Source: an uncultured Actinomycetota bacterium (GTDB taxonomy: Bacteria; Actinomycetota; Actinomycetes; Propionibacteriales; Nocardioidaceae). Taken from it: a stretch of 64,000 nt of DNA. The position numbers were made by a program, and so were the translations under genes. Position 1 is the first letter of the stretch. Every line of letters starts with the position of its first letter. This document shows positions 11,949 to 20,468 of the stretch, in pieces. The DNA lies in contig CAWDAO010000007.1 of NCBI GenBank assembly GCA_963800305.1, positions 28,683 through 92,682 on the forward strand. The letters are read 5' to 3'. The notes below the pieces were generated by a model that was not told the DNA's origin, made no database searches, and worked only from the letters and a program-made list of their open reading frames with translations.

Positions 11949-12871
11949 GCCGGATCGCCGAGTCGATGTTCTGGATCGGCCGCTACGTCGAGCGGGCGGA
12001 GGACACCGCCCGGATCCTCGACGTGGAGACCCAGCTGCTGATCGAGGACCGCAGCCTCGACGAGGACGCCGAGTGTCGTGAGCTGCTGTTGATCATGGGG
12101 GTCGAGGAGGCCGAGGAGGGGCCCATCGGCCTGCCGCGGATGCTCGACGTCCTGGCCTACGACCGGGGCTCGCCCGTCTCCATGGCCGCGGCCATCTACG
12201 GGGCGCGAGAGAGCGCCCGGCGCGCCCGCGAGACCCTCTCGGTGCCGCTGTGGGAGGTCATCAACACCACCTATCTGGCCATCCCCTCACGCCGATTCGC
12301 CTCACTGCGTCCACCCAAGCTCTTCCAGTGGGTGCGTGAGCGGGCGGCCCTGATCAACGGCACCGCCGACGCGACGATGACCCGCGACGAGGGCTGGCAG
12401 TTCCTGATGCTGGGCCGGTGCGTCGAGCGGGCCGACATGACTTCGCGGATGGTGGCCAGCGCCGCGGCCAGCGGGGGCGGCGGTGATGCCTGGGCCAGCA
12501 CTCTGCGGGCCTGCGGCGCCTACGAGGCGTTCCTGCGGACCTACCGCGGGGTGGAGACCGAGCGCGCCGCTGCGGAGTTCCTGCTGCTGGACCGGCTCTT
12601 CCCCCGTTCGGTGGCCTTCGCGCTCAACCGGGCCGAGATGTGTTTGGACGACCTGGACTCCTCCGGCAACCGCTCCGGCTTCCACGACGAGGCCCAGCGG
12701 CTCCTGGGCCGCACCCGCGCGGAGCTGGAGTACCGCAACCTGGCCGAGGTGATGGCCGACCTGCCGAACGAGATGGAGCGTCTCCAACGCACCTGCGCCT
12801 CGGCCACCGAGGCCGTCACCCGGCGGTACTTCTCCGGGGCCGAGTCGCTGACCTGGCAAGGAGTGATCTGA
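11942..12871 (+). CDS. Alpha-E domain protein
   Basis: MLSRIAESMFWIGRYVERAEDTAR and a second ER motif (GRCVERADMTSR); FPRSV. Confidence 0.92.
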   Translation: MLSRIAESMFWIGRYVERAEDTARILDVETQLLIEDRSLDEDAECRELLLIMGVEEAEEGPIGLPRMLDVLAYDRGSPVSMAAAIYGARESARRARETLSVPLWEVINTTYLAIPSRRFASLRPPKLFQWVRERAALINGTADATMTRDEGWQFLMLGRCVERADMTSRMVASAAASGGGGDAWASTLRACGAYEAFLRTYRGVETERAAAEFLLLDRLFPRSVAFALNRAEMCLDDLDSSGNRSGFHDEAQRLLGRTRAELEYRNLAEVMADLPNEMERLQRTCASATEAVTRRYFSGAESLTWQGVI

Positions 12872-13716
12872 TGAGCATCCAACTGCGGGTCTCCCACAGC
12901 ACCGCCTTCGAGTACGACGGCAAGGCGGTCGCCTCCTACAACCAGGCCCGGCTCACGCCGGTGACCACCCCGGAGCAGATCGTCGTACACAGCCGACTCG
13001 AGGTGACCCCGAAGCCGTGGACCCTGGAGTATCGCGACTACTTCGGCTCCCACGTCACGGCCTTCGAGGTGCTTGACCCGCACGACTCGATGACGGTGAC
13101 CGCCAACTCGACCGTCCAGACCAACCGCTCGGCCGCTGCTCCGCCTTCGGCGACCTGGGAGCAGTTGGCCAGACCCGAGGTGTCCGACCGTTGGACCGAG
13201 TACCTCATCCTGCCCGAGGTGGTCGAACCGCCCGCCGACTTCGTGCAGCGGGCCCGACAGGTCGTCGCCGACTTCGAGCTGCCCGGCCAGGCGGCGCGCG
13301 ACCTGTGCTCCCTGGTCCACGACGAGGTCGAGTTCGTGCCCGGCTCGACCGCGGTCACCTCCCCGGCCGCCGACGCCTGGGCCCAGCGCGCCGGCGTGTG
13401 CCAGGACATGGTCCACCTGGTCATCGGAGGGCTCCGCTCGGTGGGGATCCCCGCCCGGTACGTCTCGGGGTACTTCCACCCCGTCGCGGACCCGGTGGTC
13501 GGCGAGTCCGTGACCGGGAATCCGCACGCCTGGCTGGAGTGGTGGGACGAGGGTTGGCACCCCTTCGACGTGGCCAACGACCACGAGCCGTGCGACCGCT
13601 ACATCACACTGGCCACCGGACGCGACTACCGCGACGTCAAGCCGCTCTCGGGGATCTACGCGGGAGCGGACACGTCGGCGATGGACGTGTCGGTGGAGAT
13701 CACTCGGATCTTCTGA
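12871..13716 (+). CDS. Transglutaminase-like protein
   Basis: Cys-His-Asp triad GVCQD / HAW / FDVAN; ARYVSGY; GRDYRDV; TGATG coupling to alpha-E. Confidence 0.92.
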   Translation: MSIQLRVSHSTAFEYDGKAVASYNQARLTPVTTPEQIVVHSRLEVTPKPWTLEYRDYFGSHVTAFEVLDPHDSMTVTANSTVQTNRSAAAPPSATWEQLARPEVSDRWTEYLILPEVVEPPADFVQRARQVVADFELPGQAARDLCSLVHDEVEFVPGSTAVTSPAADAWAQRAGVCQDMVHLVIGGLRSVGIPARYVSGYFHPVADPVVGESVTGNPHAWLEWWDEGWHPFDVANDHEPCDRYITLATGRDYRDVKPLSGIYAGADTSAMDVSVEITRIF

Positions 13717-13753
13717 CACGTTTCATCAAGCCGCCGCTGGGCGGGCACCCCGC

Positions 13754-16651
13754 TCAACGCTGGTGATGGTGCCGCTGTCGTGTCGTCGCTCGCCCGCACT
13801 GGCTCGTGAAACCGTCCGAAGCCTCGTGACGCTCCGCGTAGGCGAAGACACGGTAACCACCTGCACGGTCGTTGACCCGGTAGTTGAACTTCCCACTGTT
13901 GCGCGTCGGCGTCGCCGCAACGTGGACGAATTTCTTGCGCTTGGGCGACCACCGCTTCAGCACGACGCGACGATCCTGTGCACAAGACGTAATGCCGTCC
14001 TCGACGAAGAGCCGCCCCTTGATGACGAGGAGGCCCTTGAGGGGGCGGTGACTCAATACGATGCTGATGCCTCGTCGGTGGACCTTCTCGCACCGGTCCC
14101 CTGTGCCGTTCTCGTCGCTGTCGAGCTGCTTGGGGTTCGAGACGTTCGCGCAGTTGTCGGTCTCGTTGGTAGCACCGTCGTCGTCGAGGTCGCCCAGCGG
14201 CCCATCGGAGTTGTCGGTGTCGTCCTTGTTCGCCACACCATCCCCGTCGGAGTCGGCGGCCGGCCCGTCGGTGCTAACGGTGTCGCAGGCATCGCCGATC
14301 CCGTCGCCATCCGTGTCCGCCTGGTCGGTGTTGGCGTCGTTGCGGCAGTTGTCGTCGCGGTTGAGCACCGTGTCATCGTCGACGTCGCCGAGAGGGCCGT
14401 CGGTGCTGTTGCGGTCATCCTTGTTGAGCTTGCCGTCGCCGTCGAGGTCCCCAAGGGGTCCGTTGTTGCTGTCGGGGTCGCACATGTCGCCGAGGTTGTC
14501 GCCGTCGGCGTCTTCCTGTCCACTGTTCTTGACCTCGCGGCAGTTGTCGTCGCGGTTGAGCACCGTGTCTCTGTCGAGGTCGCCGAGTGGACCGTCGGTG
14601 CCGTCGAGGTCGTCCTCGTTGACGATGCTGTCACCGTCGACGTCACCGGTCGGGCCGTCGGTGTTGTCGGCGTCGCAGACGTCTCCGATGCCGTCGCTGT
14701 CGCGGTCGCGCTGCTTGGCGTTCTTGTCGTCCACACAGTTGTCGACGCCGTTCAACACGCCGTCGGCGTCGGAGTCGGCGAGTGGGCCGTCAGTGTCGTC
14801 GTCGTCACAGGGGTCGCCGATGCCGTCACCATCAATGTCCGACTGGTCGGCGTTGACGTAGGAATAGCAGTTGTCGACGTCGTTGCGGGCGCCGTCCTTG
14901 TCGAAGTCGGCGAGCGGTCCGTCTCGGTTAGTCCAGTCGTCCTTGTTGAGGATCCCGTCACCATCAAGGTCGCCGAGCGGTCCATCAGTGTCATCGGCAT
15001 CGCAGGCGTCGCCGCGGCCGTCACCGTCGGCATCTGCCTGGTCGGAGTTGGGGGTCGGGCAGTTGTCCGACCCGTCGAGAGTGCCGTCCCCGTCGGTGTC
15101 GGGCTCCTCGATGAACCTGGTCTGGGCAAAACCCAGCGGCTCGGCCCCACCGTCATAGCCATGCAGGAACCCGCTTTTCACCGTGGGGTCGAGTTCCGTG
15201 TCTTCATCTATGTCGACGATCGTTACGCCGGTGCCGTCGTAGTGCAAGACATTGCCGCCGAGGATCAAGGCAGGCAAAAGCATCCGTGACCCTGATTCGC
15301 TGATCGGTTCCACCACCCACCAGCGGTCCGAAAGCCATGCCTTGTACTCCACCAAGCGCTCGGAACCAGTGCCCTCCTCAACAATATCCTTGAACTTGAA
15401 GTAGGGCAGGGGCTGGATGGACCGTCCGTCAGTCACCAAGTCGGTCTTGAACCAGGTAGAGCCGGGCTCGGGGTCGGGCGTGGCGCTGTTGCGCTGCGAA
15501 GGAGAGACGTCCGGGTTGTGGGCGGTCGCCGCCGCGAAGGCGGACATCACCAGTGCTGTTTGGTCCGCATCTGCGATCATCGCCGGGACATCAACATCGG
15601 AGGGGGTGGCGACTCTGGCTTGCGCCGCAGCCGTGTCAGAGTTCAGTTGCTCACCGATTTTGTTGGCTTTGAGGACCTGGATCCCGCGGACAATCCCCGC
15701 AACGACTAGAGCGATCGCAATAGCGAACCCCGCACCAACGGCCAACCCCCAAACCGTGGATTTGGCGCAGAAGAAGAGCAGCGCGGTGAGTGCGGTGGAC
15801 TGGGCGATGGTGTAGGCGCCGGCAGTTGCCGCGCCTACGGTCGCGAAAGTCCCGCCGGCCAGCAGCGACACCGTCAAGAGGCTCTGCCCGGTCACGCTGG
15901 ATGCGAAGTCCTCATTCAGGTCTAGGTGTTGCTTTCGCGCTCCGTACTTGACGAAATCCTTATAGGTGGGCGGATTGGGCCCGCCTGTGAAGAGCGAGCC
16001 GAGACTCGTTGCGCCCGTACAATCGGTGCCCGGCACGCTGTACGTGTACGGCTCCGGGGGCGAGTAATTGCAGGCATCGGCGCCCCACTTTCGGTATTCG
16101 GCTGTGGACTTCTGGGTGACGCTCAGTTCGAACTTGGCGATGATGGTCTGGAAGTCCTCCAGCGCCGCGCTCTCAAGGTCGGTCAGAGTCCCCCCGTCGG
16201 CGTCGCGTTGCGCGATGGTCGTGAGCTCGATCAGGAGGCGCGCCCGCACTTCGTCGCGGCCGAAAGCCAGGACTTCCGCTCGCTCTTCGGCGTTGGACTC
16301 GACTCCCCGATCTTTGATGACCTCTTCGATGATGAGTTGTTCAAGCTCGCAGATCGCCTGGCCCACCGAGAACTGCTGGAAAACCGACTCCTTCCAGTTC
16401 GCCATGCCCTCACTGTCGAGGACCTTGAGGTCGTCACACGGCGAGTCGACCGGTGCGGCCGGTGCCACAGATGCGGCGGCCAAGGGAGCAGTCGACGCGG
16501 CGGGTGCGGCAACGGCGGGGGTCTGCGCCAGCGTCAACGTCATCGCGATACCCAGCACGAGGATTAACCCGCGCAGCGTTAGGCGCAGCAGCGAGAACGT
16601 GGGGAGTGCGAACGAACGACCCGGGGAGGCGTAGGGAGCATGTGCGCGCAT
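13754..16651 (-). CDS. Large secreted protein: unknown N-terminal domain with hydrophobic stretch, thrombospondin type-3 Ca-binding repeats, basic C-terminal domain (start uncertain)
   Basis: Signal-peptide-like N-terminus; six DNC..N.xQ.D.DxDxxGDxC units; acidic DxDxDG repeats. Confidence 0.85.
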   Translation of the reverse strand: MRAHAPYASPGRSFALPTFSLLRLTLRGLILVLGIAMTLTLAQTPAVAAPAASTAPLAAASVAPAAPVDSPCDDLKVLDSEGMANWKESVFQQFSVGQAICELEQLIIEEVIKDRGVESNAEERAEVLAFGRDEVRARLLIELTTIAQRDADGGTLTDLESAALEDFQTIIAKFELSVTQKSTAEYRKWGADACNYSPPEPYTYSVPGTDCTGATSLGSLFTGGPNPPTYKDFVKYGARKQHLDLNEDFASSVTGQSLLTVSLLAGGTFATVGAATAGAYTIAQSTALTALLFFCAKSTVWGLAVGAGFAIAIALVVAGIVRGIQVLKANKIGEQLNSDTAAAQARVATPSDVDVPAMIADADQTALVMSAFAAATAHNPDVSPSQRNSATPDPEPGSTWFKTDLVTDGRSIQPLPYFKFKDIVEEGTGSERLVEYKAWLSDRWWVVEPISESGSRMLLPALILGGNVLHYDGTGVTIVDIDEDTELDPTVKSGFLHGYDGGAEPLGFAQTRFIEEPDTDGDGTLDGSDNCPTPNSDQADADGDGRGDACDADDTDGPLGDLDGDGILNKDDWTNRDGPLADFDKDGARNDVDNCYSYVNADQSDIDGDGIGDPCDDDDTDGPLADSDADGVLNGVDNCVDDKNAKQRDRDSDGIGDVCDADNTDGPTGDVDGDSIVNEDDLDGTDGPLGDLDRDTVLNRDDNCREVKNSGQEDADGDNLGDMCDPDSNNGPLGDLDGDGKLNKDDRNSTDGPLGDVDDDTVLNRDDNCRNDANTDQADTDGDGIGDACDTVSTDGPAADSDGDGVANKDDTDNSDGPLGDLDDDGATNETDNCANVSNPKQLDSDENGTGDRCEKVHRRGISIVLSHRPLKGLLVIKGRLFVEDGITSCAQDRRVVLKRWSPKRKKFVHVAATPTRNSGKFNYRVNDRAGGYRVFAYAERHEASDGFTSQCGRATTRQRHHHQR
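14087..15100 (-). repeat. Intragenic TSP3-like Asp-rich repeat array with DGP(L/A/T)(G/A)D linkers
   Basis: 6 DNC motifs and 9 (D/N)GPxx linkers in the translation. Confidence 0.85.
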
Positions 16652-16788
16652 GGCGTGTCACCTTCAATTTTGATCAAGCAGAACGGCCGATGATACGGAT
16701 CGGGAAGATGCCTGGCTGGACTCCAAACGAAAGTTTTCAACAAGATCACCACGCCCGTCCGATCACGGATCGCGGTAGGGTCTGTTGC

Positions 16789-17157
16789 GCGGACGGGTTG
16801 GCCGGGCGATCGCGAGGAGGAGACTTCTCGAGGAAGGTCCGGGCTCCTCAGAGCACGACGGTGGGTAACGCCCACCCGGGGCAACCCGCGGGACAGTGCC
16901 ACAGAAATCAGACCGCCACGGACACTCCGGTGACCGCGGTAAGGGTGAAACGGTGGGGTAAGAGCCCACCAGTACGCCGGGCGACCGGCGTAGCTCGGTA
17001 AACCCCGTCGGGAGCAAGGTCGAACAGCGCACGCTCGAGGGCTGCTCGCCCGAGTGCGCGGGTAGACCGCTGGAGGCCACCGGCAACGATGGCCCTAGAT
17101 GGATGGTCGCCCCTGCGTCAGCAGGACAGAACCCGGCCTACAGGCCAGCCCGTCCGC
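16789..17157 (+). ncRNA. rnpB: RNase P RNA (class A)
   Basis: GAGGAAGGTCCGGGCTC, AGTGCCACAGAAA, GGGTGAAACGGTGGGGTAAGAGCCCACC, GGTAAACCCC, ACAGAACCCGGCCTAC; P1 ends gcggacggg/cccgtccgc; TAGGGT -10 upstream. Confidence 0.97.
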
Positions 17158-17197
17158 ACACACGGCCTGACCTGCGAAGATGCGATCAGTGCCGGAT

Positions 17198-17630
17198 CTA
17201 GTCCGCAGGGAGTCCGCAACCGCAGGAGTTTCGGACTCGGCAGTTCCCCGGGGCTTGGGGCACAAGGTCGTCGGCTACCCCGAGGGGCACTTCGAGCCAG
17301 AACGTACTACCCGCGCCGTCCGTGCTGTCCACGCCGATGTGCCCAGACATAGCCGCGTAGCGTGCGCCCGCGGCCATCCGGTTCTGCCACGATGAGTGCG
17401 TTTGCACGAGCGTGCTCAGGCTGCGAGGGCGACTGGGCGCCGGCGGGCTCGTTCCCGGGACAGGTGGCGCAGTGTCGTGGCGATGCAGGCGACCTGCAGC
17501 CAGGTCGTTGCCGACACGCTTGGTGCCTTTGGTGCTTCCGTTGGGACCGCATCGGGGAGGCCAGGTGGGCGTTGGGCGCGTCCACGAGCCCGGTGCCGAG
17601 TACCCGCCCACCGGCCGGATCAAGGCTCAT
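17198..17630 (-). pseudogene. Remnant of a sensor histidine kinase (only the HATPase C-terminal end is recognisable)
   Basis: AMSGHIGVDSTDGAGSTFWLEVPLG (~17275-17350); an ATG overlapping the upstream stop (17630) is in a different frame. Confidence 0.6.
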
Positions 17631-19585
17631 GCAGGGACGAGTTCGGTGATGACCGCAGCCAGTTGGGTCATCGCCCGACCCTTCTCGACGTAGCGGTGTG
17701 CGCCAGCCGCCAGGGCCTTGTCCGCCATCGTCGAACCGTCGAAGCCTGAGAGCACGATCACTCGCGCCTCGGGCACCTCGGTCAAGATCAGCGGCAGCGC
17801 CTGTAGACCGTCCATCAGCGGCATCGCGAGGTCGAGCAGCACCAGGTCGGGTCTCGTCTTCGCCGCCATCGCGACCGCCTCGGCGCCGTCGCAGGCCTCG
17901 CCTACCACCGTGAAACCGGGGATACGGTCGACCTTGAACACCAGCAGGGCCCGGAGATCCTCACAGTCGTCGACGACCAGGACACGCCGATCGGTCGTGG
18001 CCGGGGTATCGGCGTCTGGAGTCTCTGGTTGGGGTGACTCCGGCTCAGCTCCTCGGTACTCCTCGGCGGCGGCGCCGGACCCCGTGGTGCCCTCGCTCAC
18101 GTCGGTCGAGTCATCGACCTCCGTCGACACCTCGCTCGTCGAGAGTACGTCCAAGGAAGCCGGCATCGACCGGATCAAGTCACCCGGGCTGAGCTCACCG
18201 CCGGGCGAGGGCTGGAGGAGCTCGTCGATGATCCGTCGGGCCGCCACCAGGGTGCGCTCCACGTAGCGGTGGGACAGCGTCCGGTCACCGGACTCGTCGG
18301 CATAGAGAGCGGCGGTCAACCCCTGGACCACGCTGTCGTTGATCTCCAACGCCTGACGGCGCCTGACCTCCGACTCCCGCAGCTGGGCGGCCATGCCTTC
18401 TCGGTCGAGCCGGTCGTGGGCGTCGTGGAGGTACGCCGCCACCAGGCCGGTGTCGTCAGGCACGACGAGGCGCCTGATGGTGACGTCGATGAGGACATCG
18501 CGTCCGTCGAGCCCGTGGGCCGTGACACCCAGGCTGCTGCCGGTCTCGAGCGGAGGCAACAGTCTGCCGATGCGCTGGCCCGTGGGGTCCCCGGCGAGCA
18601 CCTCGCGGGCACGGTCGTTGGACTGTAGGGCGACCCCCTCGCGGTCGAACACGACGATGGCATCGGGGCTGCTTTCCACCAGGCTGCGGAAGCGACCGGC
18701 CGCCAGTTCGCTCTCCTGGTCCGCGATAACCCGGTCGGTGACGTCGATGCAGGTGCCGCGCATCCGGATCGGCGTACCCGCGGCGTTGTGGACAACCTGG
18801 CCGTTCGACGAGAGATAGCGCAGCTCGCCGTCGGGTCGCACGATGCGCTCGATCATCGCGTAGGGCTCGCCGGTGGCGTAGGCGGTCTGGTGTATCTCGC
18901 GGATCCGCTCCCGGTCCTCGGGATGGACGTGAGAGAGGAAACGCTCGTAGGACGGAGAGAACGACTGAGGCTCGTGGCCGTAGATCCGGTACAGCTGGTC
19001 GGACCATCGGTTCGTGTCACTGGCGATGTGCCAGTCATAGTCGCCCATCCTCGCCAGTTGCTGCGCGTTGTCCACCCGCGCCGCCAGGTCCCTCAACTGG
19101 CTGGCTGCGTCGAGAGCGCCGACCTTGGTGTCGATGAGAGCCAGGGCGGCCAGCACGGCCTCCCCGGGGGCTCGTGGAGTGCTGGCGTACGCCAACACCA
19201 GCAGGGCCGTCCCGTCGCCCAGTCGACGAGCGCGGACCTGTCTGATCCCGCGTTCTGCCCAGGACGCCGGCACGTCGAGAGCCCATCCCAGAGCGCCGTC
19301 GTCGGGACGCTCCTCGGTGGCGGTGGCCTCGGTCGGATCGGGGAGGTCCTCGGGGTCGAGTCGTTCGCCGTCGACCTTGGTTCCCCCCGGTCCGTGACGC
19401 AGGTCGAGGAGGATCGCGGTGGAAGCGGCGGTCAACGCGCGCAGCGGGGGGAGCGCCTCGTAGCAGAACTTGTCGAGACGGGCGGCGGCACAGGCTTCGA
19501 CTACGTCGGACAGCATCCGCATCGATGGGTCGTCCTCGGGGACCGTCGCGCTGGCATCCACGTCCACGTGACTCCTCGTGCCCAA
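17627..19585 (-). CDS. PAS-PAS-(His-less HisKA_3-like)-receiver signalling protein
   Basis: PAS_3 (WSDQLYRIYG...VHPEDR...RPDGELRY), second PAS (FRSLVESSPDAI), RQALEINDSVVQGL, REC (VLVVDD...DLVLLDLAMP...YVEK). Confidence 0.85.
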   Translation of the reverse strand: MGTRSHVDVDASATVPEDDPSMRMLSDVVEACAAARLDKFCYEALPPLRALTAASTAILLDLRHGPGGTKVDGERLDPEDLPDPTEATATEERPDDGALGWALDVPASWAERGIRQVRARRLGDGTALLVLAYASTPRAPGEAVLAALALIDTKVGALDAASQLRDLAARVDNAQQLARMGDYDWHIASDTNRWSDQLYRIYGHEPQSFSPSYERFLSHVHPEDRERIREIHQTAYATGEPYAMIERIVRPDGELRYLSSNGQVVHNAAGTPIRMRGTCIDVTDRVIADQESELAAGRFRSLVESSPDAIVVFDREGVALQSNDRAREVLAGDPTGQRIGRLLPPLETGSSLGVTAHGLDGRDVLIDVTIRRLVVPDDTGLVAAYLHDAHDRLDREGMAAQLRESEVRRRQALEINDSVVQGLTAALYADESGDRTLSHRYVERTLVAARRIIDELLQPSPGGELSPGDLIRSMPASLDVLSTSEVSTEVDDSTDVSEGTTGSGAAAEEYRGAEPESPQPETPDADTPATTDRRVLVVDDCEDLRALLVFKVDRIPGFTVVGEACDGAEAVAMAAKTRPDLVLLDLAMPLMDGLQALPLILTEVPEARVIVLSGFDGSTMADKALAAGAHRYVEKGRAMTQLAAVITELVPA

Positions 19586-19954
19586 GCGAAGCAGATAGCG
19601 AGAGGGGGGCCCGCTCCACTGTAGGCACCTGCCCTCCTCCCCGCACGGTAATCGGGAAACCTGTCCGCACCGGCGACGCTCAGAGATGCCTGTCGCGCTT
19701 GTCGTCGGCTCGGTTGCCGTCGGGTGTCGCTACATCAACCGACGAACTGCGCTGAGCGTCCTCGGGGCGGCCCCGACCCGGGAGCGTTTCGGCTAGCCCT
19801 TTGCTACGGCTCTGGCCACGGCGAGATCACTGCACCAGAATGGTGCGGGTCCCCAGTCGTCGTAGGACCGGCTGCTGAGCAAGGATGGTCACGACGGCGG
19901 CGTCCAGGGGAAGCGCGCACTGAGCCGCTCAGCCCCACCACGAGGAGGAGACTG

Positions 19955-20383
19955 ATGAACTCCATGCGCGACCACGACGCCCGCCTGACCGTCCTGACGC
20001 CCTACGACTGCTGGAACCTGTTGGACCGGCCGCGGATCGGCCGAGTGGTCTGGTCCCGGGAGAGCGGTCCGCCCGGCGTCGTCCCGGTCAACGTGTCGGT
20101 CTACGAGGGCTCCTTGTGGTTCCGCAGCTCACCCACCACCGCGCTGGTGCGCGAAGCCACCGGCGAGCCGATCGCCGTACAGATCGACGAGCTCGATCCC
20201 CTCAACCACTCCGGTTGGAGCGTCATCGTCGAAGGAACCGCCGAGGTCGTCCCGGACTCCGAGGTACCAGACCTCGCCGGCACCCTCGAGGTGTGGCCGG
20301 CGGGCGACCAGAGCGTCTACGTGCGCGTGGAGCCCGAACGAATCTCCGGGCGCAAGCTGCTGCGCGCCCACCGGTCCGGATGA
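19955..20383 (+). CDS. Pyridoxamine 5'-phosphate oxidase-like flavin-binding protein
   Basis: CWNLL...IGRV...VVPVN...GWSVIVEG...ISGR; RBS gaggaggag. Confidence 0.82.
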   Translation: MNSMRDHDARLTVLTPYDCWNLLDRPRIGRVVWSRESGPPGVVPVNVSVYEGSLWFRSSPTTALVREATGEPIAVQIDELDPLNHSGWSVIVEGTAEVVPDSEVPDLAGTLEVWPAGDQSVYVRVEPERISGRKLLRAHRSG

Positions 20384-20468
20384 CCGAGCGACCACCCTCC
20401 TTCGCCGGCGGGCGGCGCAGGTGCAAAGGTGGTCGGAGCGGATCGCGTATGTGAACAAGGAGCCAGGT

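Noticed and set aside
14087-15100. Periodic DNA repeats suggesting a CRISPR array
   Set aside because: They are in-frame protein repeats with diverged codons; no identical repeat-spacer structure and no cas genes.
16753-16761. gcccgtccg upstream of rnpB matches its 3' end (possible att duplication)
   Set aside because: Only 9 GC-rich bases; expected by chance.
16820-17142. rnpB P4 reads AAGGTCCGG / CCGGCCTA instead of AAAGTCCGG / CCGGCTTA
   Set aside because: A compensatory base-pair change that supports the rnpB call but implies no new function.
19760-19880. DosR/DevR-like boxes upstream of the flavin-binding gene and ppdK
   Set aside because: Matches are too degenerate to distinguish from GC-rich background.
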